DNA from: the human T2T-CHM13v2.0 reference genome, Homo sapiens
DNA length: 64,000 bases
Assembly (NCBI RefSeq): GCF_009914755.1
Contig: NC_060937.1
Reading direction: 5' to 3' (one strand)
The translations under genes were made by a program, and so were the position numbers. Shown here in pieces: positions 52,951 through 64,000 of this stretch. A model generated the notes under the pieces. It saw only the letters and a list, made by a program, of their open reading frames with translations. It did no database searches and had not been told where the DNA came from. How positions within the stretch are numbered: position 1 is the stretch's first letter; every line of letters starts with the position of its first letter.

Positions 52951-53171
52951 ACATGGGCTCAATTAACATGCAGCCAAGGTAACACTTGTTAAAAATCCTA
53001 CCTCCATGCAGGATGAGAATTCCTCTGGAGGTGGGAACAGAGAAAACTTCATGCTTGGTAAAGCACCTGAGGCACCCATTACAATCTGGGACAAGATGAG
53101 GACATCAACACTCATGCTGTATTCCACATGGGAGGCCAAGTCAACTCAAGATGATTTTTAAGAGATATAAG

Positions 53172-53483
53172 AGCCAGGCATGGTAGCTGATACCTGTAAT
53201 CCCAGCACTTTGGGAGGCTGAGGTGGGAGGCTTACTTGAGTCCAGGAGATCAAGACCAGCCTAGGCAACAAAGCAAGACCAAGACGCCTTCTCTACAAAA
53301 AAATAAGAAAATTAGCCTGGCATGGCAGTGCACACCTGTGGTTCCAGCTACACTAGAAGCTGAAGGGGGAGGTTCACTTGAGCCCCGAGTTTGAGGCTGC
53401 AGTGAGCCACATTAGTGCCACCGCACTATAGCCTGGGTGACAGAGCAAAAGCCTGTCTCCAAAAAAATAAATAAATAAATAAA
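53172..53483 (+). mobile_element. AluJ
   Basis: Diverged dimer with gagtttgaggctgcagtgagc diagnostic and (TAAA)n tail. Confidence 0.88.
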
Positions 53484-53499
53484 AGCTATAAATACTGCA

Positions 53500-54780
53500 A
53501 AGAGGCAAAACCTGCTGTTGTTTGCTGACAAGCTAATCATATCTAGCAAATCCAAGAAAAAAAAAAACAGTAAAAAATGAATAAGAGAATTCAGTAATAT
53601 AGTCAGAGATGAGGCCAACATATAAAAATCCATGTCTTTCTATATACACAAGAAATAACCATTTGAAAGAAGCTGTCCTATTTACAATAGCTAGAAAAAC
53701 TGTGAAATATCTGGGGGCAGAGGTTGGAAGAAACAAAAATGCACACAAAACTTGTGAGAGGAAAACCAAACCTTTATTGGCAGGCACAAAATAAACTTTC
53801 TGAGTAAATGGAAAAACATTCTCTTCTTGAATGAGGAAATTAACATTGTAAAGATGTCAACGGTCTCCCAAAGTGATCGAGATGCGCCCTGTGCAGTGGA
53901 ATCCCAAACTGTAATTGCATCTTTCACGGAATTTGACACACTGACTGAAATTCACCTGGAAAAGAACATGCTTAGTAAACATGGTTTCCTGAGGGGGAAA
54001 AAAAAAAGAAAATTGGTTTTGCAGACAAGGTTCAAGTTAGAGATCCCAGAAAGAAACGGATGTATCTCCATGCGGTGAGGTACGCTGGGAAGGGCATGTC
54101 CCACGGAAAGAGCAGGGTGGACGATGGACCGTCTGGAAAACAGGCTGCCAGGGGACAGAATCAACACAGATTTCCAAGTCACAAAAACACGTAAATTCTG
54201 TGGATTAAAGAAAGATATCTAGAGATCTACAAACACAAATCTAAAGAATCCTTGATTTCACTGAAAATCAAAGATTTTGATGAGGGTAATCATGAGCTAT
54301 TGTTTTTCACTCATAAAATTGGGGGTGAAAGACAAGGATTAACCTTTCTAGCGATGATAAAGGTGTAAAAAGTATTTGGCTGCGCGGCTGGTGGTGAATA
54401 ATTTTTACAACCTTCTCAGAAAACAATATGGAAACGTCCAGCACAAGCCAGCAGAGAAAGCCTGTTTGAGGCCTCTGCTGTGGATAGGGACGCCTGCCTG
54501 AACACAGGGGAATCATGCGCATCCATGCTAGCTGCAGTCATTTTGGTAATAGAAAAAAAAAAAAAAAAGAATTAGAAGGGGAAGGAAAGAGAAGCACCTT
54601 AACTCTTCGCCGGCAGAGATCTTGTTACACAGCAGCATCGCCCCACAGGGCAGAGGCCTCTGCAGCCATCAAAGAAAATGAGATCGAGCTAAGTGGGCCA
54701 ACGTGGAAAGCTCCCGGGACATGGTGTTATATGTAAAAAGCAAGTTGCAGACGACGCATGAAATATGTATGATTCCATTT
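53500..54780 (+). mobile_element. Degenerate L1M fragments
   Basis: ataagagaattcag, catttacaatagc-like and attaacattgtaaagatgtcaa ORF2 motifs. Confidence 0.55.
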
Positions 54781-55019
54781 GTGAAAAAGCAGCATCGCTA
54801 GAAAAAAACTGTATATTTTATTTCGTATGTACACACAGTGTGTAGATCCATGTAAAGAAAGCAGTCCAGACGGTGGGGCGGGGTTGGAGATGCAGCCAGC
54901 CCTGCTTTGTGTCTAGATACTCCGGCATGCTTGGCGCCCCCATGCCCGAGGTCATGTGCTCCTGCCATAATTTAAACAAATGCCTGAACAGCAAAATGAA
55001 ATTAGAATAGGCAGCTAGA

Positions 55020-56240
55020 CGTGGTCTGGAGCGCAAGAGGAAGGTGCGGTGCGGTGAGGTGAGAAGAGAGACCGCGCTAGACCAGGCGATGTCTTAGGGA
55101 CGGGAGAGGGGTGAGGCCCACGGCGGCCCTGGGGAGCGGCCCACGACCGGCCCACGCAGAGCTTGTAGCCAGTGAACAGGAAGTATTGGCGAGAGGGACT
55201 GAGAAACCCAAGAGAGTGTGGGGTGAGGAAAAGGTCAAGGAAGGCCCAGGCTTCCAGGAAGGGCCTGGGCCGGGGCGGGGCGGGTGGTGGGAGGCAGTGG
55301 TTAGGACGGGCGGGGGTGGGGGTGGGGGTGGGGGTAGGGGTGGGGGTGGCCACAGGAGGCCGGCGTGGCCTTGGAAGCCGCTCAGCCGCGCGGGGGAGCC
55401 CGGGGATCCGAGGAGCTGCGGAGGGAAGGGGAGGAGCAGGGCGTGGTTGGAAAGGCGGTGGGACAGGGAGGGCTGGGCTGTGCGGCTGTCCCGTCCTCGT
55501 GAAGAGGAGCGTTGGGAGGAGCCGGGAGAGACAAGGCTATGGGCGGCGGGCGGGGACGGCTGTCCCTCCCTCAAGGAGTGGAGTTAGCGAGGCCGCGCTG
55601 GGGTGCTCCGTTGCCGAGGATGGGCCGAGTTCGAGGCGGCAAAGGTGCGGGTGTGCAGGGGGGAGGCGGCGCCCTCCTCGCTGGGTCTGGGGTCCCGCAG
55701 CGCCTCGGGCCGGAGCAGTGAGCGAGCGTGGGTGGGAGCTGCGGCCTGGGTCCTTGAGCCCGGCTGCCCCGACGGCAGGTGCACCGGGGTTGCGGGGGAC
55801 TCGGCGCATCTCCAGGGCGAGTGAGTCCAGGGCCTTCGGCCTACAGGCTGAGCAACGCGGACAACAGCGAGGGGGCTCCGTGGCACAGCCTGGCGGGGTC
55901 ACGGCGCACGCCTGGGCGCCCTGGAGCCCGGAGACTCAGCAGCCATCGCTCGGGGCTACCACGGCCCTCCAGGCTCCTGAGCCACCCGCACGGAGGACGA
56001 GCTGCGGAGCGCGGTGTGCGGATAGCCAAGCTCCTGCCGCCAAGGCCACCCCGAGCCCAGGCTGCCAGGGCGGCATCCACAGCCGGCGGCCCGCGGGCCT
56101 GGGCCTGAGACCCGCGCAGCAGCCCCGCCTGCCCTGCCGTGAGAGGGAAGTAGACCGCGCTTGGTTTCCGCAGGTTAGAGTCTCAGATGCATTGTTACAG
56201 CTGCACAAACTACCCTACCCCGACAGTGCGTGGGTGCCGG
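55020..56240. promoter_or_regulatory. CpG island, putative promoter or enhancer
   Basis: About 1.2 kb with very high GC and dense CpG, several GGGCGG boxes, no recognisable repeat. Confidence 0.8.
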
Positions 56241-57524
56241 AGCCTTGGTCCATAAGGGAGCCTTGTGGGCAGTGGCTTAGGCAAGAGCCTGACTGGTGTC
56301 ATCCTGTCCACTTGTTTACTAAAACCCTCTGCTGTGGTCATTCATTGCTGACCATTCACATAGGACAGACATATCTTCATGATTTTTGCCCATTCGCGAG
56401 GCCTATTCACATATCTTTTCCCCAAATATCTTCACCACCAATTTTTCCAATCGTTCTTTCCATGTCTCTGACCATCCAGCATAAACATTGAGCACAGCTG
56501 GCGAAATAGTCCATCACTGCACAACTGGCCACTGCTCCTTCTAAGCAAAGTGCACAGCCAGGTGCACTGCCTGCAGCTCTGCCCAGGAGGACTTCCCTTC
56601 CCCACTGTCTTTCAGGGACGTCCCAGGAAGGGGCTGTAGTTCTGCAGCATCCACTTTCAGGTGGTGCCTGCATATGGGGCAGAGCCGTCTGTAAACCAGG
56701 CCTGAGTCATCTCTTCCTCTGTCAGATATCATGGGGACCTCCCCAGGAGGTCACAGGCTCAGGCTGGGAGAGAGGGTCTCAGCTGAGAAAGGCGGTGGGG
56801 CAGGAGTGGGGACCATGGGCACTTGGGCCACTGCTTCATGTAACCTACTTGAGCATTCAGGGGCTGATTGGGCCTAATCACATACATACCACTTCCATTC
56901 GATGACAGAGTGTTGCTGTGCACACCTAACTGTATGGCTTGTTGGGTCAGATAACACCCTCTGACACCACCCTCTGACACATAGACGTCTCACCGATAAA
57001 TGTAGAATAGTTGCTACTTCTTGCTCACTAAGTCCAATCAGCATGATGTCATCAATGTAATGCACCAGTGTGACATCTCATGGAAGGGAAAAGCAACCAA
57101 GATTCCTGCAGACTAAATTATAATGTAGGGCTGGAGAATTGATGGGACACTCCCTGAGGTGGGACAGTGAATGCGTATTGCTGGCCTTGCCAGCTGAAAG
57201 AAAACTGCTTCTGGTCAGCCTTCTGGACAGGGATGGACAAAAGGTATTTGCTAGATCAATAGCTGTGTACCAGGTAACAGAAGATGTGTTAATTTGCTCA
57301 AGCAATGAAACGACATCTGGTACAGCAGCTGAAATTGGAGTTACCACCTGGTTAAGCTTATGATATTTCAGTCATTCTTCAAGATCTATCTGTGTTCCCT
57401 ACAGGCCAAATAGGAGAGTCAAATGGGAATGGGGTAGGAATCGCCAGCCCTACATCTTTCAAGTTCCTGAGGGTGGCATGAATCTCCACAGTCCTTCCAG
57501 GAATGTGGCATTGTTTTTGACTTA

Positions 57525-57829
57525 CAGTAGTCACCCCTTATCCCTGGTTTCACTTTCCACATTTTAAGTTACCTGTTGCACAGTACAAGATATTTTGAGA
57601 GAGAGAAATCACATTCGCATAGCTTTTATTGCAGTATATTCTTCTAATTGTTTGATTTTATTATTGTTGATAGTCTACTGTGCCAAATTTATAAATTAAA
57701 CTTTATCATCAGTATGTATGTATCAGAAAAAACATAGTATAGCTAGGCTTTGGTGGTTTATATGTCCATAGTTTCAGGCATCCACTGGGGTCTCAGAACA
57801 CATCCCCTGCAGATAAAGGGGGGCTACTG
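57525..57829. mobile_element. MER44A-like (Tigger7-derived) DNA transposon MITE
   Basis: Terminal inverted repeats cagtagtcaccccttatc / gataaagggggggctactg; TA on the left, CA on the right. Confidence 0.85.
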
Positions 57830-58374
57830 CATTATTTTCCCAGGCTAAAGCAGTTCTAGTGGCTTCTGCTTGGTCTTCTTCACTGTAATAGTCCTTACTC
57901 CACAGGTCAGGTACCCAGTGTGTAGATGCTACCAGCTCCTCAGTATGCCTCTTCCAATTATGCATTCTGGAATGGGGAAATAACTACAGGATGGGTTTGG
58001 GGACCCACTTGACCCACTGTAAAATGAACCTGAGCTAAAACTCCATTGATCATTGAGCTCCATAAGCCCCTACTCTGCCTGGGTGGCCACAGTGACCTTT
58101 TCAATCTTCTGGAATCAATGTCAGTGCAGATCCAGTGTCCAGTAGTCCCTGAAAGGTCTGAGTCCCTGAAAAGGTAAGGTAGGTCCCTTTGGAGGAGGCT
58201 GGGGAAAAGATTAAGAGTATACATTTCGGGTAGTGTACCAGGGTTGTTTTCCAAGGCGACATTGTTGTCCCTTCATTCACGAGTTCCAAGTCTGTAAATT
58301 GGCTCAGGTCTGAGAATTGAGGGGCTGTAACTCTCTGCTTTGAGAGAATGATTTTATGATTTGAATTTGACTTC

Positions 58375-58527
58375 TGTTTTAGAGACTGGGTCTCATTATA
58401 TCACCCAGGCTAGAGTGCAGTAATGTGATCATAGCTCACTGCAGCCTCAAATTCCCAGGCTCAACAGATCCCCCTGCCTCAACCTCCTGAGTCACTGGGA
58501 CCACAGGCATGTGCTGCTATGCCCAGA
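58375..58527 (-). mobile_element. Alu right-arm monomer (FRAM/AluJ)
   Basis: Reverse right arm only, approximate TSD att(t/c)gactt. Confidence 0.82.
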
Positions 58528-60182
58528 TTCGACTTAGACTTTTATTCACTTGATCTAAAACTTTTCTGCTTATACAGATCACGGCTTCTAATCAAATCCC
58601 CTTCCAGGAGCCCCATGATAACGGGCCAGAGCCATGAGTCTCATGAGCCAGGCTGTTCTGATTGCTGCTGTGCCACTCCTGCCCATTGCTATACCCGCAC
58701 CCACCTCGCTGTGGCCCTGACAGCTGGATCCAGTTGCTTCCCTTGCACTTAGGTTTCCAGCTGAGTGGCTGTGGTTCCCACCGTAAGGTCTGACCTACAG
58801 AGAAGAGTTATGGCAGAGCTCTTCAAGGAAGCTGGGGCCCCCTCACACAGTTCTTTCTCAAGGTGTTAGTGAAAGGCTGTCTTCCAGACCCCCCAGCGTG
58901 GGTGAGTAGGTCTGAAATGACAAACCCACTCTAACACATCAGCCTCCCTAGCCCTTTAAGCTCCCTCTACATTAAACTTGGGGAGATTGGATCTTTCCAG
59001 TTTGCTCACAGCAGGGCAGACTATCTTTTGACCCCTGTTCAGCCATCCAACCAAACTTCGCCCTTTCTAACTCACTGAGCTGCAACTTTAAATCCACAAT
59101 ATCTGCTTACTGAGCCCATATCAATAAATTTGGCCTGATCCAACTTTATGTTCCTTCCACTACCATCTCACATCCTTAATATTCATTCTCACCTGTGTTC
59201 CCTGGATTTCCACTTGTATAAATTAGAAACCCATGTTGTTCTTTTGGAGTGCAACATACCTTCTTGTGGGTCACAATTTGTCCCTCACCTTCAGGGGCCT
59301 TCTGGGGTTTGGGTCTAGTTATAGGTCTAGAGGCAAAGTGGGGTGGTGAGGCTGGGTCCTGAAAAGAATCAGCATTGTCCCACTTTGCCACCACCTCAGA
59401 GGAAGATATGACTCAGGATGCGGGGGACTCCCACAAATCAGGTGGAAAGGCTATACCAGTATTGGCAGGGATGCTGCTGCCACTGGGGATGTGAAGGCCA
59501 CTTTGTTTGAGGGTTGGGGGGACCTCTTCCACTGGCAAAGAATACATCAGAATTTAGGAGCTTGATACCCCCAGCTTCATCAGGGTCTTCCCACATGTCC
59601 CCATTCCAACTTACAGTATCCCATTCTTTCCCAATCCATTTCCCCACTTAAGAGTAGACATCCTAGGAGACTGGGAGCTCAACTTGCATTGAATTAATAA
59701 TTTGGCCAATTGCTGGATGAGATCCTGAGTTTGATTTTCAGAAACTTCAGCCCTGTGCTTGTATGAAATAAGGCTCTTGGGGCACACATAGAAACTCTTA
59801 GGTCACTTTTGTGGCTCTTGAGCTGGGAATTTGAATCCCTGAGCTCATCTTTTTCTTTTACCACTTTGTGCAATGACATTAGAAGCAACAAATGTCATTA
59901 TATTCCTCAGTTTTCCTAAAATGTTCAAAAGTATCATATACAGAGTCATGTAGCTCCTTGCTTCTTATAAGTGGTTTATTAGGAGGATCCAATGCAGATA
60001 GTTTGCATATCTCTATAGTTTATGCCATGGGTGATCAGTGCTCTCTTTACTACTGGAAGTAGAATCATTAGTGTCTTTACATATAGTCTGATTAAAGATC
60101 CAATTCCAGAAACTCCAGGAAGAATTCAGAAAACTCATCCTCAAAATTCTGGTCCTCTAGATCCACTCTTGGTACCAAAATC

Positions 60183-60664
60183 TATATTAGAGTTCTACAA
60201 AGAAACAGAATCAATAGAATATGAATATATATAAATATATATACATATATATATATATAGAGAGAGAGAGATTTATTATAGGAGTTATGTAGTTACGGAG
60301 GACAAGAAGTCCCACAGTCTGCCATCTGCCAGCTAGAGACCCAGGAAAGTCAATGGTGTTATTCCATCTGAGTGCAAAGACTAGAGAACCAGAAGCACCA
60401 ATGTTCAAGGGCAGGAGAAGATGGATGTCCCAGCTAAAGAAGAAAGTGAATTCACCCTTCCTCAGCCTTTTGTTCTATTCAAGCCCTCCATGGATTAAGT
60501 GATGCTTGCTCACTTTGAGGAGGGCAGGTCTGTACTCAGTCTACTGACTCAAATGTTAATCTCTTCCAGAGACACCCTCATAGACACATGCAGAAATGAT
60601 GTTTTATCAGCTATCTAGGCAACCCTTAATGCAGTCAAGTTGACACCTAAAATTAAACATCACA
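60183..60664 (-). mobile_element. MLT2 LTR (5' LTR of the ERV-L element)
   Basis: tattagagttctacaaagaaacagaatc...cagtcaagttgacacctaaaattaaacatcaca. Confidence 0.88.
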
Positions 60665-62424
60665 AGCAGGGAAGATGGTGTGGGAGGTGAGGTGTGTCTG
60701 TGAGCAGAAGCTGGGTGGGTCTCTGCATGAACATGTAGGTACGGGTGCAAGCATGTGGGAGCTGTTGGTGGCAAAACTCAACAGAATCAACTCATATTTA
60801 GGAAGTGAATCAGATGTCCCATCCTCTGAGCCCTGTGACATTTCATGATCTGGAGCAATAAAAAACTCTCAGAGCAAGATGTATAATAAAAAGCTAAATT
60901 TTCAAGTATGGTTTTTGGAAGAATGTGACTTCTGACTTTTAACAAAAAGCAGAAACAAACACTTTCTTTCATACTTAGGAATTGTCTGCCAGGCTTCTGG
61001 AGGCACCTGGGCCGTGTGGGTTCACAGCGGTCATCCAGGGAATGGATGGACATGGTGAGTTTCTGAAGCACGGGCATCACCCTTAGGGTAGGGGGAGGGC
61101 TCCAACACCAAGGCCCCCAGCACACATTTCACAAGGAAAAATGACCGTGTCGTGCCTGTGTTGGTAGGTGATCAACTGTGCTTAACCGAGAAGGGAATTT
61201 TCTCTAGTTAGAGGCCTCACATTAAGCATGCATTGGCTTCATCTGGAGTGTGCAGAACAGAATCATTCTCTTCCCCATTCCTCACCAAGAACAGTAATTA
61301 GAATGCAAGTTCATCTCCATATAATGCATTATGACTTTAATATCAGTAAATGCTTCTTACATATTAGATGCAGTGAGGAAATATTAGTTGAAAATTCACA
61401 GACTGGTATGATCAGTTTCCTCTAGGATAAAATGTGATAAATGGGTTTTAATAAACTGAGGAGAATTATAGGCACCATCATCTTGGTTCCTGTCAATTTT
61501 ACTTAGAGTAAAATGCCATTGCAATAATTAGTTGGTTTTTACTGTATTCATTAAAAGTTTTTCTAATGACCACTTGAGGAATAAGTAAAATTAATTTCTT
61601 TCTTGAACATCAAAGGAATTCATCAATCAAACAAAAAGCAAACTTCAGGGATTATGCGAGACAGGGTGAGGACCAGTGGTTTTCCGTGCCCACTGTGGGG
61701 ACAGCGCTTTCCCGCCGTATGTCATTGGCATGGAAGCTCGAGGCCATTCCCCCGAGGTGTGCTGATGGAGAGGGATGCAGGCCCCGGGTGGAGGCCCTGG
61801 CCGTCCTTCTCAGGTGCCATTGAGCTGTGACTCCAAGGCCTCCTCCTCCAGGCAGCTTTCCTTGACTGCTCCAACTTCAGGGCTCTCTCCTGCCTGGCCC
61901 ACACACTTGAACTAGGGCTCCTCAGTCTCAGAGGCTGAGGCCAGGTTCTCTCTCTGCCTGTGGCCCCTCAGAGTCCAGCATAGGGCCAGGCACTCTAGAG
62001 GGCTCAAGGGCCACTACCCCCGTCCTAGCTCCTGCAGTGCTCGGCCAAGCTCAGCCCTTGTTCAGCACACCAGCCCTGTGAGCCACGCTGTCCCTGGAGC
62101 CTGGCTCGGAGGATGCGAGGAGGATTCTCCAGCAGGCAAGCATGGTCAGAGAGGCCACTGGGTCGCCAGATGGAGTCCCTGTGCCGATCCCACAGTACAC
62201 GGAGAGGAGCAGAAAAGCGGGTGAGGCCTGGGGAGATGACATCACATGGCTGGGGCTACTCAGTGGTGAAGGGAGAGACAAAGCGGGACACTGCTCTGGC
62301 TACTGGGGGGAGCAATGGTCCTTCCCACCTCTTGTGCCAGGTACAGCACTGGGGCCTGGGACCAGGACGAGCCTCAGAACACGGCTGGTGAGCACACCCA
62401 CCTCCACCTGCACCCATCCCCGCT

Positions 62425-63350
62425 CCCCACACACACCACACACACACTCATCACACACACACTCATCACACAACCACACACTCATCACACACGCTCATCA
62501 CACACACCACACACTCATCACACACATTTTACACACACCACACACACTCGTCACACACATGCTCATCACACACTCATCACACACCACACGCTCATAATAC
62601 TCATCACACACATTCATTACACACATACACCACACACATGCTCATCACACACATTCTCATCACACACACCATACGCACTCATCACACACACTCATCACAC
62701 ACATGCTCATCACACACGCATCACATGCTCATAACACACTCATCACACACATGCACCACACACATGCTTATCACACACATATCACACACAGCACACACAC
62801 TCATCACACACGCTCATCACACACTGATCACAGACACACGCTCATCACACACCACACACACAGTCATACAAACTCATCACACACACCACACATATACTCA
62901 TCACTCATGCTCATCACACACATTCATCAAACACTACACACATGTTCACACACTCATCACATGCACACCACACACTCATCACACACATTCATCACATACA
63001 CCATACACACATTCATCACACACGGCACACACATGCTCATCACACACACACCATGCACACTCATCACACACACACACATCACACACGATCACAGACACAC
63101 ACACCACACACATGCTCATTATGCACACTCATCACACGCACACCACACACAGTCATCACACACACATCCCAGACACCACACACGCCACACCATATATACA
63201 CTCAACCATCACACGCACACACACCACACACACACACCTCATCACGCATACACCTGCACACAGAGCCACACACACTGGGCCATCACACAGACACCATGCA
63301 CCACACACACACACACTCATCACACACAAACCCAATCACCTCACACACCC
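62425..63350. repeat. Degenerate CA-rich tandem repeat (ctcatcacacac.. units)
   Basis: About 0.9 kb of imperfect (a/g)ctcatcacacac units interspersed with (CA)n. Confidence 0.92.
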
Positions 63351-64000
63351 ATCCACCCCCATCACAGCCCCCACCTCTGCTGAATGGAGCCCCACCATCC
63401 TTCAATGACCAGCTGGCACCTCGTCCTTGACGTGCCCCATCGCACTTCCTTCTCCCGCCCACGAGGACCTCGGTAATGTCGCCCCTGAAACTGCTGCGGA
63501 ACCTGGAGCCCACTGTAACCCAGAATTGGAATCCCAGCTCAGCCCCTGCACACCTGATTGCCCGGAGAAATGCCTTATTCCTGACAGCCTCTTGGTTCTT
63601 TTCCGTCTCCGGTTAGGTGAGAAGGTCAATCTGGCCCTGCGGGTTATGTTGGGGGTTACATGAGAACCTCATTGGCATGAAGAGGCCAGGCAGGTCCTCC
63701 GACAGTGCCACAGCCCCAGGCTTGTGCCGCCAAATCACGGAGGCCTTCCGGGCCCTGAACACGAACCGGACGGGGCCTTCCCGCATTACTACCCGAATGA
63801 CACTGCTGGGGGGACCGCTCTCTGGATGCCATTGTGGCCACGTGTCGGGACGGTCGGCTGCTTGACTCCACGACTTAAAGCTAGATTTGGCCTTTTAAGC
63901 CTCTGTCTCAGTGCCCTCGGGTCCCTTCTGCAGCTCACCTACCTGTCCCTCGGCCTCTGGGGTGGGCTGGCAGGGCTCGTTCTGGGACCTACGTGGGGTG

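Larger units (their letters stand above)
56250..60180 (-). mobile_element. ERV-L (HERV-L/ERVL) internal region, defective gag-pro-pol
   Basis: Protease GLLDTGS, RT AAVPDVVSLLEQIN...AIDLAN and HYIDDIMLIG, gag IGKEWD..WNGDMWEDP; primer site tggtaccaagagtgg next to the LTR. Confidence 0.9.

Noticed and set aside
55172-56491. 439-aa ORF and overlapping ORFs in the CpG island
   Set aside because: Low-complexity Gly/Arg/Ala/Pro content, open frames on both strands as expected from high GC, and the end runs into ERV-L sequence.
62142-63430. His/Thr-rich ORFs up to 256 aa
   Set aside because: Translations of the CA-rich repeat, which has few stop codons in any frame.

Overview
This window is primate, very probably human, repeat-dense DNA with no intact protein-coding gene. 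It holds two processed pseudogenes: a BASP1 retrocopy on the minus strand and a near full-length NUS1 retrocopy on the plus strand. From memory this pairing matches the BASP1P1/NUS1P2 region of 13q12, but I could not verify that here. About 1.8-38 kb is a cluster of endogenous retroviruses: MER4-group elements, a Harlequin/LTR2 provirus, a solo LTR2, LTR12, an HML3/MER9 fragment, MaLR pieces and an ancient gamma-like pol. The right half holds old L1s, a ~1.8 kb tandem duplication, an orphan CpG island, an ERV-L/MLT2 element and a CA-rich tandem repeat. I found no evidence for a new biological system. The most notable structures are a five-layer nested insertion, a one-ended HML3 insertion flanked by a ~125 bp duplication, a duplication joined through an Alu fragment, probable APOBEC3 editing of the Harlequin env, and an LTR12 positioned to drive the BASP1 retrocopy. 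Repeat family names come from recalled consensus sequences, and coordinates were read by eye.
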